From NCBI GenBank assembly GCA_951406725.2, contig OX597827.1:23374001-23438000 (forward strand): a stretch of DNA of 64,000 bases, in the 5' to 3' direction. Origin of the DNA: Octopus vulgaris. Lineage: Eukaryota. The notes under the pieces were generated by a model, which was not told the origin of the DNA, searched no databases, and saw nothing but the letters and a program-made list of their open reading frames with translations. Position numbers and translations under genes: made by a program. Numbering within the stretch: position 1 is the first letter of the stretch; every line of letters starts with the position of its first letter. Below, piece after piece: positions 52,456 to 64,000 of the stretch.

Positions 52456-54400
52456 ACCAAAGATCAGCTGAGGAGAAGTGGGCCATTGAAAAAATCAAAC
52501 TCAACCCCAAAGTGTTCTTTTCATTTGCGAGGAAACGCAGGGTCACTGTCTCCACTGTAGGCCCTCTAATTGACGAAACTGGCACTCTCCAAGATAATGC
52601 CAAATCCATGGCCGAGATACTGCAGAAACAATACTGCTCTGTTTTCAGCAATCCTGATATGGCCGATCTGGGCTGTATCAGTGATGTCAACCCCCAACAC
52701 ACTATATCGGACATAACGTTTAGTGCCCCTGATGTCTTAGCGGCGATAAACGAAATAAAACACAATTCAGCAGTAGGCCCCGATAGGTTCCCTGCTTGTG
52801 TCCTGAAGGTGTGTCGACACCAACTTGCATCTCCCCTTGCTAATCTGTGGAGAAACTCACTGGATGCTGGCTATATTCCAAAAACCTTCTGTCCCAGTCT
52901 GTTGTCCCAGTTTTCAAAAAGGGAAACAAGTCCCTTGCAGTGAATTACCGTCCGATCTCACTCACCTCTCATATCATCAAGGTATTTGAGAGGGTGGTGA
53001 GATCTCAAATAACCCAATTTCTGGAAAGCAACAGACGGCTGATCTCCAACCAACATGGGTTCCGTAATGGAAGGGACTGCCTAACGCAGCTCCTGCATCA
53101 CTTTGAGGACATTTTGAGAGCTTTGGGAGAGGGCTCCAACACCGATGTCATCTACCTTGATTTCAGTAAGGCCTTCGACAGGGTCGATCACAAGATCCTA
53201 TTGAAAAAACTATCCAACATTGGTGTCTCTGGAAAGTTACTGAAATGGATTAAGTGTTTCCTGACAGACAGATCTCAACATGTTGTAGTTGAAGGGGTAA
53301 AATCAAGCCCAGCCAAAGTCAGTAGTGGCGTTCCGCAAGGCACTGTGCTGGGCCCACTTCTTTTCATCATTTACATTAATGACATTAATGACATCATCAA
53401 GCACAGCAACATAAAAATCTTTGCAGATGACTCCAAGCTACAGAAGGTCATAAATGAGGCGAGTGACCGGACATGCCTTCAGTCAGATCTACTGGCTGTT
53501 ATCCAATGGGCAGAAAAAAACAATATGCTGCTGAACGAGGATAAATTTGAGCTAATCCACTTTGGAAAAGAGGATGCCCTGAAACTCCCATACTCCCTTC
53601 CTTCAGGTGAAACTCTCACGGCGTCCAACAACATCAGAGACTTGGGAGTAATTGTGGACAACAACGTAAGCTGGGCCACTCATATAAACACCAAAGTTGA
53701 CATGGCCCGCAGAATGTGTTCCTGGATTCTCAGAACTTTCCAGTCGAGAGATATCCACACCATTATCCTTCTCTTCTCCACTTTTGCCCGACCCCACCTT
53801 GAATACTGTTGTCCACTGTGGTCTCCCCACACAATACAAGGTATCATAAAAGTCGAAGCACCTCAAAGGGCAATCACAAAAAAGATAGATGGCATGACAG
53901 GCCTCGACTATTGGGGTCGACTAGAAAAGCTAAAACTCTATTCTCTCCAACGTCGTCGTGAGCGCTACATCATCTGCATGATGTGGAAAATATTCCATCA
54001 GCATTGCCCAAATGATGTTGGCATCACCTTTAAGGTACATCCAAGGCTTGGGCCCCGTGCCATCCGCCCAAAACAAAAATCGCACTCTCATCTCATAACA
54101 ACAATACGGCACAATTATTTCACCTCAATTGGCCCCGCTCTCTTTAACATTACACCAAAACACATTAAAACAGAAACTGACCCTATAGGGTTCAAGAAGT
54201 CTTTGGACAGATTCCTTCAAGAAATCCCGGATAAACCCCCTACACCCGGATATGTCTCTGTAAACAATAACTCTCTACTTGAGTGGGCCATAGTGCCCAA
54301 ATTCTGACTTGAAAGACTTCACCAGGTGGTGCTATTAAGTTAGACATGGCCTGGGCCAATAATGGCCGAAACCTATCAAAGTATCAAAGTATCAAAGTAT
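52456..54400 (+). mobile_element. Young 5'-truncated CR1-like LINE: near-intact RT (one frameshift near 52885, stop at 54307) and (AAAGTATC)n tail
   Basis: GPD, NYRPISLTS, QHGFR, YLDFSKAFDRVDH, SGVPQGTVLGPLLF, FADDSK, LEYCCPLWSP, SLQRRRER; inserted in (TA)n. Confidence 0.95.
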
Positions 54401-54408
54401 ATATATAT

Positions 54409-54457
<49 letters not shown>

Positions 54458-54464
54458 CATCTCT

Positions 54465-54504
<40 letters not shown>

Positions 54505-54680
54505 CATCTCTAGAGATTTTTGTCATAAAACTAAGACGTGCAAAGCCATTTTCGATTTTGCATCTGTTCAATCCACGTTTAAGGTTTATCAAGCGTTGTT
54601 AGCGATTCAGAATGGCGATTTATGTTCAACTTTAAAAATGTAGTTACACAAAAAGTAATTACGTAAAACACACAAACACA

Positions 54681-54739
<59 letters not shown>

Positions 54740-55018
54740 ACATATATATGTGATAAAGGAACCATTTATTTTAGTGTTGCTCCTTCACTATTATTTACAT
54801 CCAACCAACCTGGAATCATGAACGTTTCAAAAATAAGTGTGTTCGCTGCACTTAAAACGCATAGCGAATATTCTCGTAGCTCTCGACTGCTAACTTCATT
54901 ACCCGATCGTCTGCAAACCTAACAGACGGATCAATTGAGAGACAGGCAGGTAGATAGGCGACTCTCTCTCTCTCTCTTTAATTATGTATGTGTATATATA
55001 TATGTGTGTGTGTGTGTC

Positions 55019-55059
<41 letters not shown>

Positions 55060-55206
55060 ATACAGAGAGAGAGAGAGTGAGAGAGAGTGTGTGTGTGTGT
55101 CTGTGTGTGAGTGAGAGAGAAAGGTGAGTCAGATAAACAGGCAGACAGACAGACGGATAGATAGAGAGATAGACAGATAGATAGATAGAGATAGATAGAT
55201 AGATAA

Positions 55207-55269
<63 letters not shown>

Positions 55270-55301
55270 GAAAGAGAGAGATAGAGAGATAAGCAGATAG
55301 A

Positions 55302-55336
55302 TTCTGTAGAAGAGCGTAGACTCGAAACGTCAAAGA
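55302..55336 (+). ncRNA. Hammerhead-like relic with core change A6->U
   Basis: tt-CTGTAGA-a-gag-cgtaga-ctc-GAAA-cg-TC-aaaga. Confidence 0.4.
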
Positions 55337-55417
55337 CTTTTCCATTTTCCCGAGCGTAAAACCAATACATCTCTCTGTCTTTTGACTTTTGTTTTATCTG
55401 TACCATGCTGAAATATA

Positions 55418-55634
55418 CGAGGAGGTGCTGAAAAATTCCTGGCTTTGGGTAAAAGAAAATAGAGGAAGATTAGTTAATTATGATTTTATTCAACATATTC
55501 CCCTCTCAGATTCACACACTTATTGCCGTGGTCTTTCAGTTTTTCTAAGTCTTGTAAAAGAACTAGGAAGCTTAGGCCTGCAAGCAGGCCTTTCGCGGTA
55601 CTCTTAAAGGCAGGAACTTTTCAGAAATCCCTTG
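55418..55634. mobile_element. Mariner-derived MITE
   Basis: TA|cgaggaggtgctgaaaaattcctggcttt ... aaaggcaggaacttttcagaaatcccttg|TA, imperfect TIRs. Confidence 0.7.
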
Positions 55635-55683
55635 TATGTGTGTGTGTGTGTATATGCATATATGTATATACATACTTACATAG

Positions 55684-55727
<44 letters not shown>

Positions 55728-56163
55728 CACACACACACACACACACACATATGGTAGGCAGAAGAAGACAGAGATAGTAATAAGTACGGAGATAGAACGG
55801 TAAATGTAGGAGCTACCTGGAATTTCAACTTTTCGGTAAGAACTTTCCTACTAATGTATATCTTCATGTGATATTTTCATGAGATATTTTTATGCGATAT
55901 TTTGACTTTAATTCGGTCGAGTATTTCAAGATGGAAGACATGGGAATATTAAAATATTCCACAGTAAGAAACATTAATAGCAATAGAGGCTCCACCCTCT
56001 TAACGTTAATGTTGCAAAGATGGCGCCCAACTTTATTTCGCATTTATTTCCAGGCTTTATCATGTCGACATTTTAATATGTATGATGTATAATGCTCTTA
56101 AAGGCCATTAATCATATGATTCTGTGTATATATTTATATGAACTGGCATATTTACGTACGCAG

Positions 56164-56199
<36 letters not shown>

Positions 56200-56219
56200 G
56201 CATATATATATATATATAT

Positions 56220-56286
<67 letters not shown>

Positions 56287-57579
56287 TCTGTGTGTATGAA
56301 TGTATAAGTATATGTATACGTGTGTGTATGCGTATACATAAATGTATGTACATATATATATGTATATATAAAATACACACAATGACGTGCATACCTATCT
56401 ACCCGGATATATTTGATTGTGTTTGTACGCCTCTACGTGTCTGTGTGCCTGTGTTTGTATGCGCGCGCATATTCATGTTTTGAAATTTACGACCAAATCA
56501 AGGAAAAAAAATTAACCCTATCACATTTCTCTCCTCACGGATAATTGACGTGAAGCTTAAGGAAACAGGTGTGTAGTTAAAGTTATCTCATGCTATAACC
56601 AATAATTGTGTTTCTTTGAATCGTTCTGTATAGCTTCCAGAAGCATCCACAACCGTATTACATCGTGTTGACGAAACCGCCATATTAAATTATCTATTCT
56701 CCTTACTGGAGATAAATACACTTTAATTTCACGACACATGGCTTTCCTATTGCATCGCTTGTCTATGGTGTTCATGCTCTCTTTGCAAACATATCGTGTT
56801 TCCTTGCATTGAGTAATTAAATTTGTTTTAGCATATTTCAAGCTGAAGTGTTTTTCAGTCCTTCTGCTGGAATTCAGACAACAGCCTCACCTCTCCATAT
56901 CAATACCAAATTTTACATTTTCGACTTTTTGTAATCTTGGACCCGGCGAATGTCTGTTTAAAGAAGTAATTCTTAACCCCTTTTTTTTTTTTTGGCTATG
57001 GCTCCTTTGATTCTTTTTCTTACTCTACTGGACCCTCATTATACCATCCGATGTTTAAAAACTACCATTATATTTTTATAATTAAATATTATCAGGAATT
57101 GTATTTAAAAAATTGTTAAAATATTGTGTAACTTGTAAAAGAGCAAGCAATATATTGTGCCTAACCTTTGACACCAAAATCTTATCTGGATTCATGTTGA
57201 TGGTGCGGCATGGATGTCCGGTGTCATGTCATTTGTACCCAATATCTCTAAATTGATATCAATTTTTATTTCTTTTCTATGTTTAATTGTTGCTTGTTTT
57301 ACTTTATTTGGTTTGATTTAAATTATTCTGTTGAATTTGGCATTGCCACTACCTTCTTTACCATGAAGTTATCAATCAGGTATTTACTCGCGAAGGCATT
57401 CGAATCAGTTTCTTGAAATGATTGTCACCTGGTGTCTGCAATGCGACATCCGCCAATTTATTATGTTGAGTAAACACTTTCGCTGCATATTAATGTTCTG
57501 TTTCCATGCGCTGCCGAAGGATCATGTCTTAGAACCGTTTGTATAGGGAGTGGCAATGTGTCGTATTGCTTTCTGTTTA

Positions 57580-57780
57580 AGGCGGCGGGCTGACAGAATC
57601 GTTAGCACGCCGGGCAAAATGCATAACAGCATTTCGTCCGTCTTTACGTTCTGAGTTCAAATTCAGCCGAGGTTGACTTTGCCATTCATCTTTTCGGGGT
57701 CGATAACATAAGTTGAACACTGGCGTCGACTTAACCCCAACCCTCGAAACTGCTGGTCTTGTGTCAAAGTTTGAAACCAA
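57580..57780 (+). mobile_element. SINE family C monomer
   Basis: aggcggcgggctgacagaatcgttagcacgcc...gaggttgactttgccattcatc. Confidence 0.8.
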
Positions 57781-58439
57781 TGTATATATTCTATTTATAT
57801 TTTCTCCCTTAGGTCACAAAAATACTATGGCAGAAATGTTCCATTCCTTCTTGATACACTGAAGAACGATTGTACGTAAAGTGTATATCTTGTTTGGGAC
57901 GATGCGTTTGCTGTTGCGATGTGATTGCTATTGATTTTCTTACTGTTCCCGTGTAGGTGTCTCCATTCTTAGGTCATTTTCATTTCAAGGCGTATACTAA
58001 AAGCACAGTAGAAAGTCACTATGATATTAATTGAAACAAAGGCAAATAAAAAATCTGATTCAAAGATTTACATTTTTTTCTTACATTACGATGTTTCCGC
58101 TTCAAAACGCTCTTCTCAAGAGGAAAATAGATTCGTTCTTATCCGCGCAGATCTGTAGGATGAGAAACTGATAGTCTCGAGTGGACAATGTTAAAATAGA
58201 TAATTAGCATCGTACTCTTCTTGTCTGTTCTTGGTAATGGGATTTAGCTCATTAATACCTTCTAAATCCTCATATATTAAATAGTCCGTCCCGTGGCTTT
58301 GTAGTGTGCGCGATGTCCTGGTTTTGATATTCCCAGAAATATTTTGAAACCGAAGAACTATTTCTATGAATGCTTTAGTTAATGTGGGGAGTAGACGTGC
58401 TGCAGGTCATTATGTCTCCTGTAAATTTCCTTAATGAGG

Positions 58440-58705
58440 AAAGTAGGGGTGCGATACCAATGGTAATTGGCACATTTGGAAATATCAGTACTCAACTACC
58501 AACACGGCTCAAAGAGATTGAAACACCTACAAAAATCAGCATTGCTTGCAACTACAAGAATTCTTCGCAGGATTCTTGAGGTATGACCAGTAAAACAAGT
58601 GTCACATTAGTCTGCTGGCTGTGGACAGCTGACACTTTCCATCATTCACAGCAAAATAAGCTGCGAGTTTTCGTGAAAGCAGGTGAAAAGAAATGAGACT
58701 ACTGA
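58440..58705 (+). mobile_element. R4/Dong-like 3' end (further family)
   Basis: IPMVIGTFG...LPTRLKEI; followed by (AAT)n. Confidence 0.6.
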
Positions 58706-58714
58706 ATAATAATG

Positions 58715-58830
<116 letters not shown>

Positions 58831-58837
58831 AAGAAGA

Positions 58838-59053
58838 ATCCTTTCTACTAAAGGCAAAAGGCCTGAAATTTTGGGACGAGAGGATTAGTCGATTACATCG
58901 ATCCCAGTGTTTCACTGGAACTCAATTTATCGACCCCGAAAGGATGAAAGGCAAAGTCGAAATGGGCGGTATTTGAACTCAGAAACTAAAAACTGACGAA
59001 ATACCGCTAAGCATTTTTTCCGGCGTGCTAACAATTCTGCCAGCTCGCCGCCT
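58838..59053 (-). mobile_element. SINE family C
   Basis: tcgaccccgaaaggatgaaaggcaaagtcga core. Confidence 0.8.
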
Positions 59054-59076
59054 TCTTAATAATAATAATAATAATG

Positions 59077-59130
<54 letters not shown>

Positions 59131-59134
<4 letters not shown>

Positions 59135-59641
59135 CCTGATATTAGTGGTTCTCATGACTTTTGATCTTAACTGATTGGAAGTGTTATCATACACATGTTT
59201 TATCTTGATATAAAAGATAGGCCACAGCAAATATTCTGTTTGTCAGCTGATCATGTCTTTTAGAGGCTGGCGATATGTGCATCTCTGATCACGAGCAGAA
59301 CTAGTGGGGGAGCATCGTAGCCGTATGTTGAGAAGGATTCTTTGCAGTTTGAATAATTCACCTTTCGCAACATGGGTGTTTCGTTCATCATCCTTAAACA
59401 AACTTAATTCAGGGACCTTTTAAGCGGGATAGTTGCTCGACCTGAAGAAAATCCTAACTGGGCCCCCACCTGCAAGGTCATGCACTCTCTGTCTTGATAT
59501 GAAATAACCATGTGGCACTCATATGGTCGTGATGCATGTGCTTGGCGTACCTTTATCAAACAGGTAGTTATGATGGGTATACCGGGCTTTGTATATTTGT
59601 ACACCAGTGTCACATTGATGGCATGCGGTGCTCTCTCACTC
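59131..59641. mobile_element. Second copy of the 24691-25250 repeat
   Basis: Colinear with small deletions; AAT and CAA flanks. Confidence 0.75.
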
Positions 59642-59823
59642 AACAACAACAGCAGCAGCAACAGCAGCAGCAGCAGCAGCAACAACAACAACAGCAACAA
59701 AAACAGCAACAACAAGTAACTGTACTTATAGGTTCCCAATCACTAGTTCACAATATGTGATGTTGGGGGAATGCATATGTGGGTGTGTATGGATGTATGT
59801 ATACGCCATGTGTATGCGCACGC

Positions 59824-59862
<39 letters not shown>

Positions 59863-60430
59863 TCTGTATGCGTATGTGTATGCTATGTGTTTGTCTTCCC
59901 CGCATGTACTTCTATGTGTACGTGTATATGTATGTATATATGAAAGCGTCTATATATGCATACAATGACAGAGAAGAACCTGGCTTTAGTTGTTAACTTC
60001 ATAACAGTTGTATTTTTTTCCTAAACTCTTGTAATTCCATATTTGGCAGTGGTTGCCTAATAGACGGGGGACATGGCGAAACCAAGGTCGAGATGGAGAA
60101 AGATAAAGACAGAGAGAAAGAGAGAGACCGAGAGGGACAGAAAGAGATAGGTGGGAGACGGATATGTACAGACGGATAGACAGACAGACAAACAGACAAA
60201 TACTAATAAAACCAATCGCAGTCCAAAAACAGTGTATGATGAGCGAAACTATAAATTATCACTTGTCGCCATTCCAATATGGATGACATCTTTTCCTCTT
60301 TTTAACAATTTCATCGCTGATCAAAGAAAAACAGAAATACGTCTGTATTGTGTCTTTGTTGTCTACTGTTTGTGTGTGTGTGTATGTGTGTATGTATTTA
60401 TGTATTTATGTATGTATGTATGTATGTATG

Positions 60431-60464
<34 letters not shown>

Positions 60465-61049
60465 TGTGTGTATGTGTGTAGGTAGGTAGGTAGGTTGGTA
60501 GGTAGGTAGGTTTACGTGTATGTTGTTGTGTATGTGTATATATTACAATTTCTTTATGTGTGTGAATATATGTACATATATATATATATGTGTGTGTGTG
60601 TATTGGGTGTATAGTGTATGTGTGTATATTGTGAGAATCTGTGAATATATTTACATACATATGCACCCTCGCATGCGCACACACGTATACACACAATATA
60701 TATATACACTCACATATATACATGTGGTACATATGTATAGGTACATGCATACATACGTATTATGTATGTGTGTATGTACTATGATGTGTGCGTGTATGAT
60801 TAGTTCTTTAGTTCTCTTCACCATATAAATCAAACTAGTTAAGGTCAAGCTGGAGCAATGCCCAATCATGGACATTTTCTGGAACACTTTCACTTTACGT
60901 TTTCAAGCAACGTTGTTGTTGTTGCTGTATATGTTTTGATGTTCTCATTATTGTTGTAGATGCTGTCCTATTTTTCACCATAGCTCTGTTACATCGTAAT
61001 CTTACCGATCCTTTACACAGTAACGGTGCCAGTGTAACGTGGTGTTAAC

Positions 61050-61520
61050 ACTGCGTTACGCTGAGGTAATGCGCAATGTAGCAACACTGCGTCATACTGT
61101 ACGTATTGAGGCGGGCTAAAGCGTGCCAATAGTGTGAGTCACGTGAGGAGGGAAACTCACAGAGAGGAAGAAAAACCCCGGTCCCAAATCTTTGCTGCTT
61201 TGCGGTCATACCCAGCCATGGGAAGGCTTCAGGAATAAACCTGAAGGAAAATCTGGAGTCGGAGCCCTTGAGGCAGTTCAACCCTCCTGTGCAACCTCGT
61301 TCTGACAACAGCTACGACGACACTGCAACGACTGTGCTGTGCCTTTGGATTGATCGGTGATGTGGAGAGTGAGAAGGACCTGTCCTCCATACCATATTGC
61401 CCAGGCGCAGGTCCCTATCGGACATCCTATATTGGAGAGATAGAATCGGGATCGGACTGGTCAGTCACAGACAACACAGTTTGTATGGGGCAGACAACTA
61501 GGACCATCATCCATTGTCGT
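61050..61520 (+). mobile_element. Possible RTE-type LINE 5' UTR fragment
   Basis: GC-richer block; gaggaagaaaaaccc...ttgcggtcataccc...atgggaaggcttcaggaataaacctgaaggaaaatctggag resembles RTE 5' leaders (from recall only). Confidence 0.35.
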
Positions 61521-61710
61521 TAATAAGAGACAGAGGTGTCAGAGAACATTAAATACTCAGTCACTGACACTAGGAGACAATGATGAGTCGTTGTTTAAAC
61601 AAGAAACAACAGCAGAAAGTAATCTCAGATTGAAGGAGTTAGGGGAACGGATTAGACAGATTTTTAAGTGGGAAGAGAAAGAAAAGAGAGAGGGCCTAGT
61701 AGAGGGATAG

Positions 61711-61762
<52 letters not shown>

Positions 61763-62370
61763 ATGGGGAGATGGAAGTGGACATCTGTAGGGGTGCTGTG
61801 CCTAATAATTGCTATATTACATCAAAGTCGGATGGATTGTAAAACTTGAATCTTCATCGTCGGAGCCGATGAAGTATCCATGTTCGTATATTATTTATAT
61901 TTGTGTATACACGTATCTAGAATTAACATTGTGTAACACAGCGTGCTTCAGGGAGTTGTCACAGTGAATCAACCCAGTACACTACACAGCTGAGGCTTAC
62001 ATCCATTCCCTCTACAAAGACTCCTACAAGCAACTGGGCTACTAGTTGTCACTCAAATTGCTGAAGTAGCAACCAAATCGCCCTCGAATCTCACCCTACC
62101 AGCTTTTAAGAAAATTCAGAACATTGGACAATTGTATCATGAATACACTATTTAAACGACAATGGATGGTCACGACTGGAATATTTCATCATAAGTCTGT
62201 TCGATCAGCACAACCCTAACCCTACAGAAAGAAGAATGGAAAGATCCATTTTAATCTGAATCTTCAAGACGAAAACTTTCAATAATCTCTTTAGTTTTGC
62301 TTCGGTAGATTTTCTCTCTTATTTATTATTTCAATTTATTCTGTCCGTTCCATTATCTTTTTACTCTCCG

Positions 62371-62422
<52 letters not shown>

Positions 62423-62770
62423 TCATTCATACACTCCCATACACACAAGCATATATAAATATATACCTATATACACACACGTACACACACACACACACAC
62501 ACACACTCACACACATACATATACATGCACACGTACACGCACACACACGTACACACACACACATAGAGATGTATATTTTCTGTTATTTTCACTGTTTTCA
62601 ACGAAATTTGAAACGATGATTTGGATATTTACTCTTAATACCTTCTTAGCAGATTGAAAAACGAAAAAGACGCTAGTCGCTGTTGTGTACGTCGCTGAAG
62701 AATAGTTTCTCTCTTTTATGATGACAGTGTGTTCATAACACACTCGGCTTATTAGTACAAATGATTATTA

Positions 62771-62812
62771 GACACCAGTGTTTCGACATGTTCTGTCTCT
62801 TCAGTCAGAAGT
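62771..62812 (-). ncRNA. Hammerhead core with stems II and III intact but no stem I partner
   Basis: Minus strand: acttctga-CTGAAGA-gaca-gaaca-tgtc-GAAA-cactggtg-TC-taataat. Confidence 0.5.
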
Positions 62813-63473
62813 ACTTGGAACTTTAAGCCAAAGCTTTTTCATTCTCCTCTTTCCACTTTCCTTCCTCTGTTTTCCAGTTCTCTTCAAACCACCAGTGACG
62901 TATACTCAACCTTTTGACACCATCACTACACCTCCCCGTCTGGTGTGTACTTGGTTCCAAAAGAGCATAGTATTGCCTACACTCATCGTTACACATACGA
63001 AGGTCTTTGTTCGTATGACCGACTTTATGTCGTTTTTAGACGTTACATGCGCACACAGATTTGTACGCGAACCTACATATGCACCTCTAAAACGAATACA
63101 GGCGTATCTGTGCCTCTCCACTCTACAAATGCTTATATGTAAATATATGTATATTCAGTGGGGGTATATTTACTATTATCTACAATGGTACTATATATAT
63201 TTTACTGTGTAGATTCGTCTTCACCCACACATGTGTATGCTTATGTATATATATACATATATTCATATTTGTTTACATTTATCTTTAAATATCCATAAAC
63301 CCTACTAACAGTAATGCACAGACTATTACGATTTTCCACACAACCAATCGGATCGATGGAATAGCTTTGATTGATGTTTGTGAAAACCAAAATGATTTTT
63401 CACAACTTTTATGATCATAACATAATATTAACAGAAATAAATTTTAAGTTACTGCTATAAATTTCACTTACAA

Positions 63474-63599
<126 letters not shown>

Positions 63600-64000
63600 G
63601 CGCGTGTGTCTCTGAGAAAGTGTGACAAGATTTTTAAAATCACGTTTATAATAGAGTGAAATCAATTTTAGTTATACGATTTGGTAGCGTCGTTAAATCG
63701 TCAGATAGTTTGTTTGTTGGTATTTATTCTGACTTTGTGCTTTCTGTTCAAATCTCGCCGTGTTCAGCTTTGCTTTCGATCCTTTCGGGGCCAATACAAA
63801 GTACCGACACAGAATACTTGCTTCGGTTTTTTTTGTTCTCAGCTAAAATCGTTCCGTGTTCTACATTTTTGATAGAATTCATTTGTCATTCACTTTAATT
63901 TCTTCACCTGACATCGTGGGAATCTTTAGTAGAGTCCACAGCACTGTTGCGATTTGACGATGATTTTTTTCCCCACTCAGTCTCACTTATCTCAGAGACC

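Noticed and set aside
61050-61140. HDV-like ribozyme expected at an RTE 5' end
   Set aside because: Only a ggctaa-agcg/cgct hint; I could not build P1, P3 and P1.1 by eye

Overview
Eukaryotic, AT-rich window dense in microsatellites and transposons, with no host protein-coding exon I can recognise; it is probably intronic or intergenic. The SINE and microsatellite landscape resembles an octopus/coleoid cephalopod genome, which is an inference from recall. Nearly all listed ORFs are simple-repeat artefacts. The real content is several tRNA-derived SINE families; non-LTR retrotransposon fragments (CR1-like including one near-intact RT, RTE, L1/Tx1, R4/Dong-like, CRE-like, HERO/NeSL-like); a DD41D Tc1/mariner relic; MITEs; a non-autonomous Helitron; and a Penelope-like (PLE) 3' end. 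The most striking hidden layer is a set of type I hammerhead ribozyme (HHR) motifs in unrelated repeats: (i) a non-coding retrozyme-like element at 18455-19253 with two near-identical direct repeats, each holding an intact HHR, 535 nt apart; (ii) a tRNA-headed SINE with an HHR-bearing tail at 13.8-14.7 kb; (iii) an intact HHR downstream of a PLE GIY-YIG fragment at 49.5 kb; (iv) several truncated or degenerate HHRs. All folds were done by eye, and boundaries of degenerate repeats are approximate.
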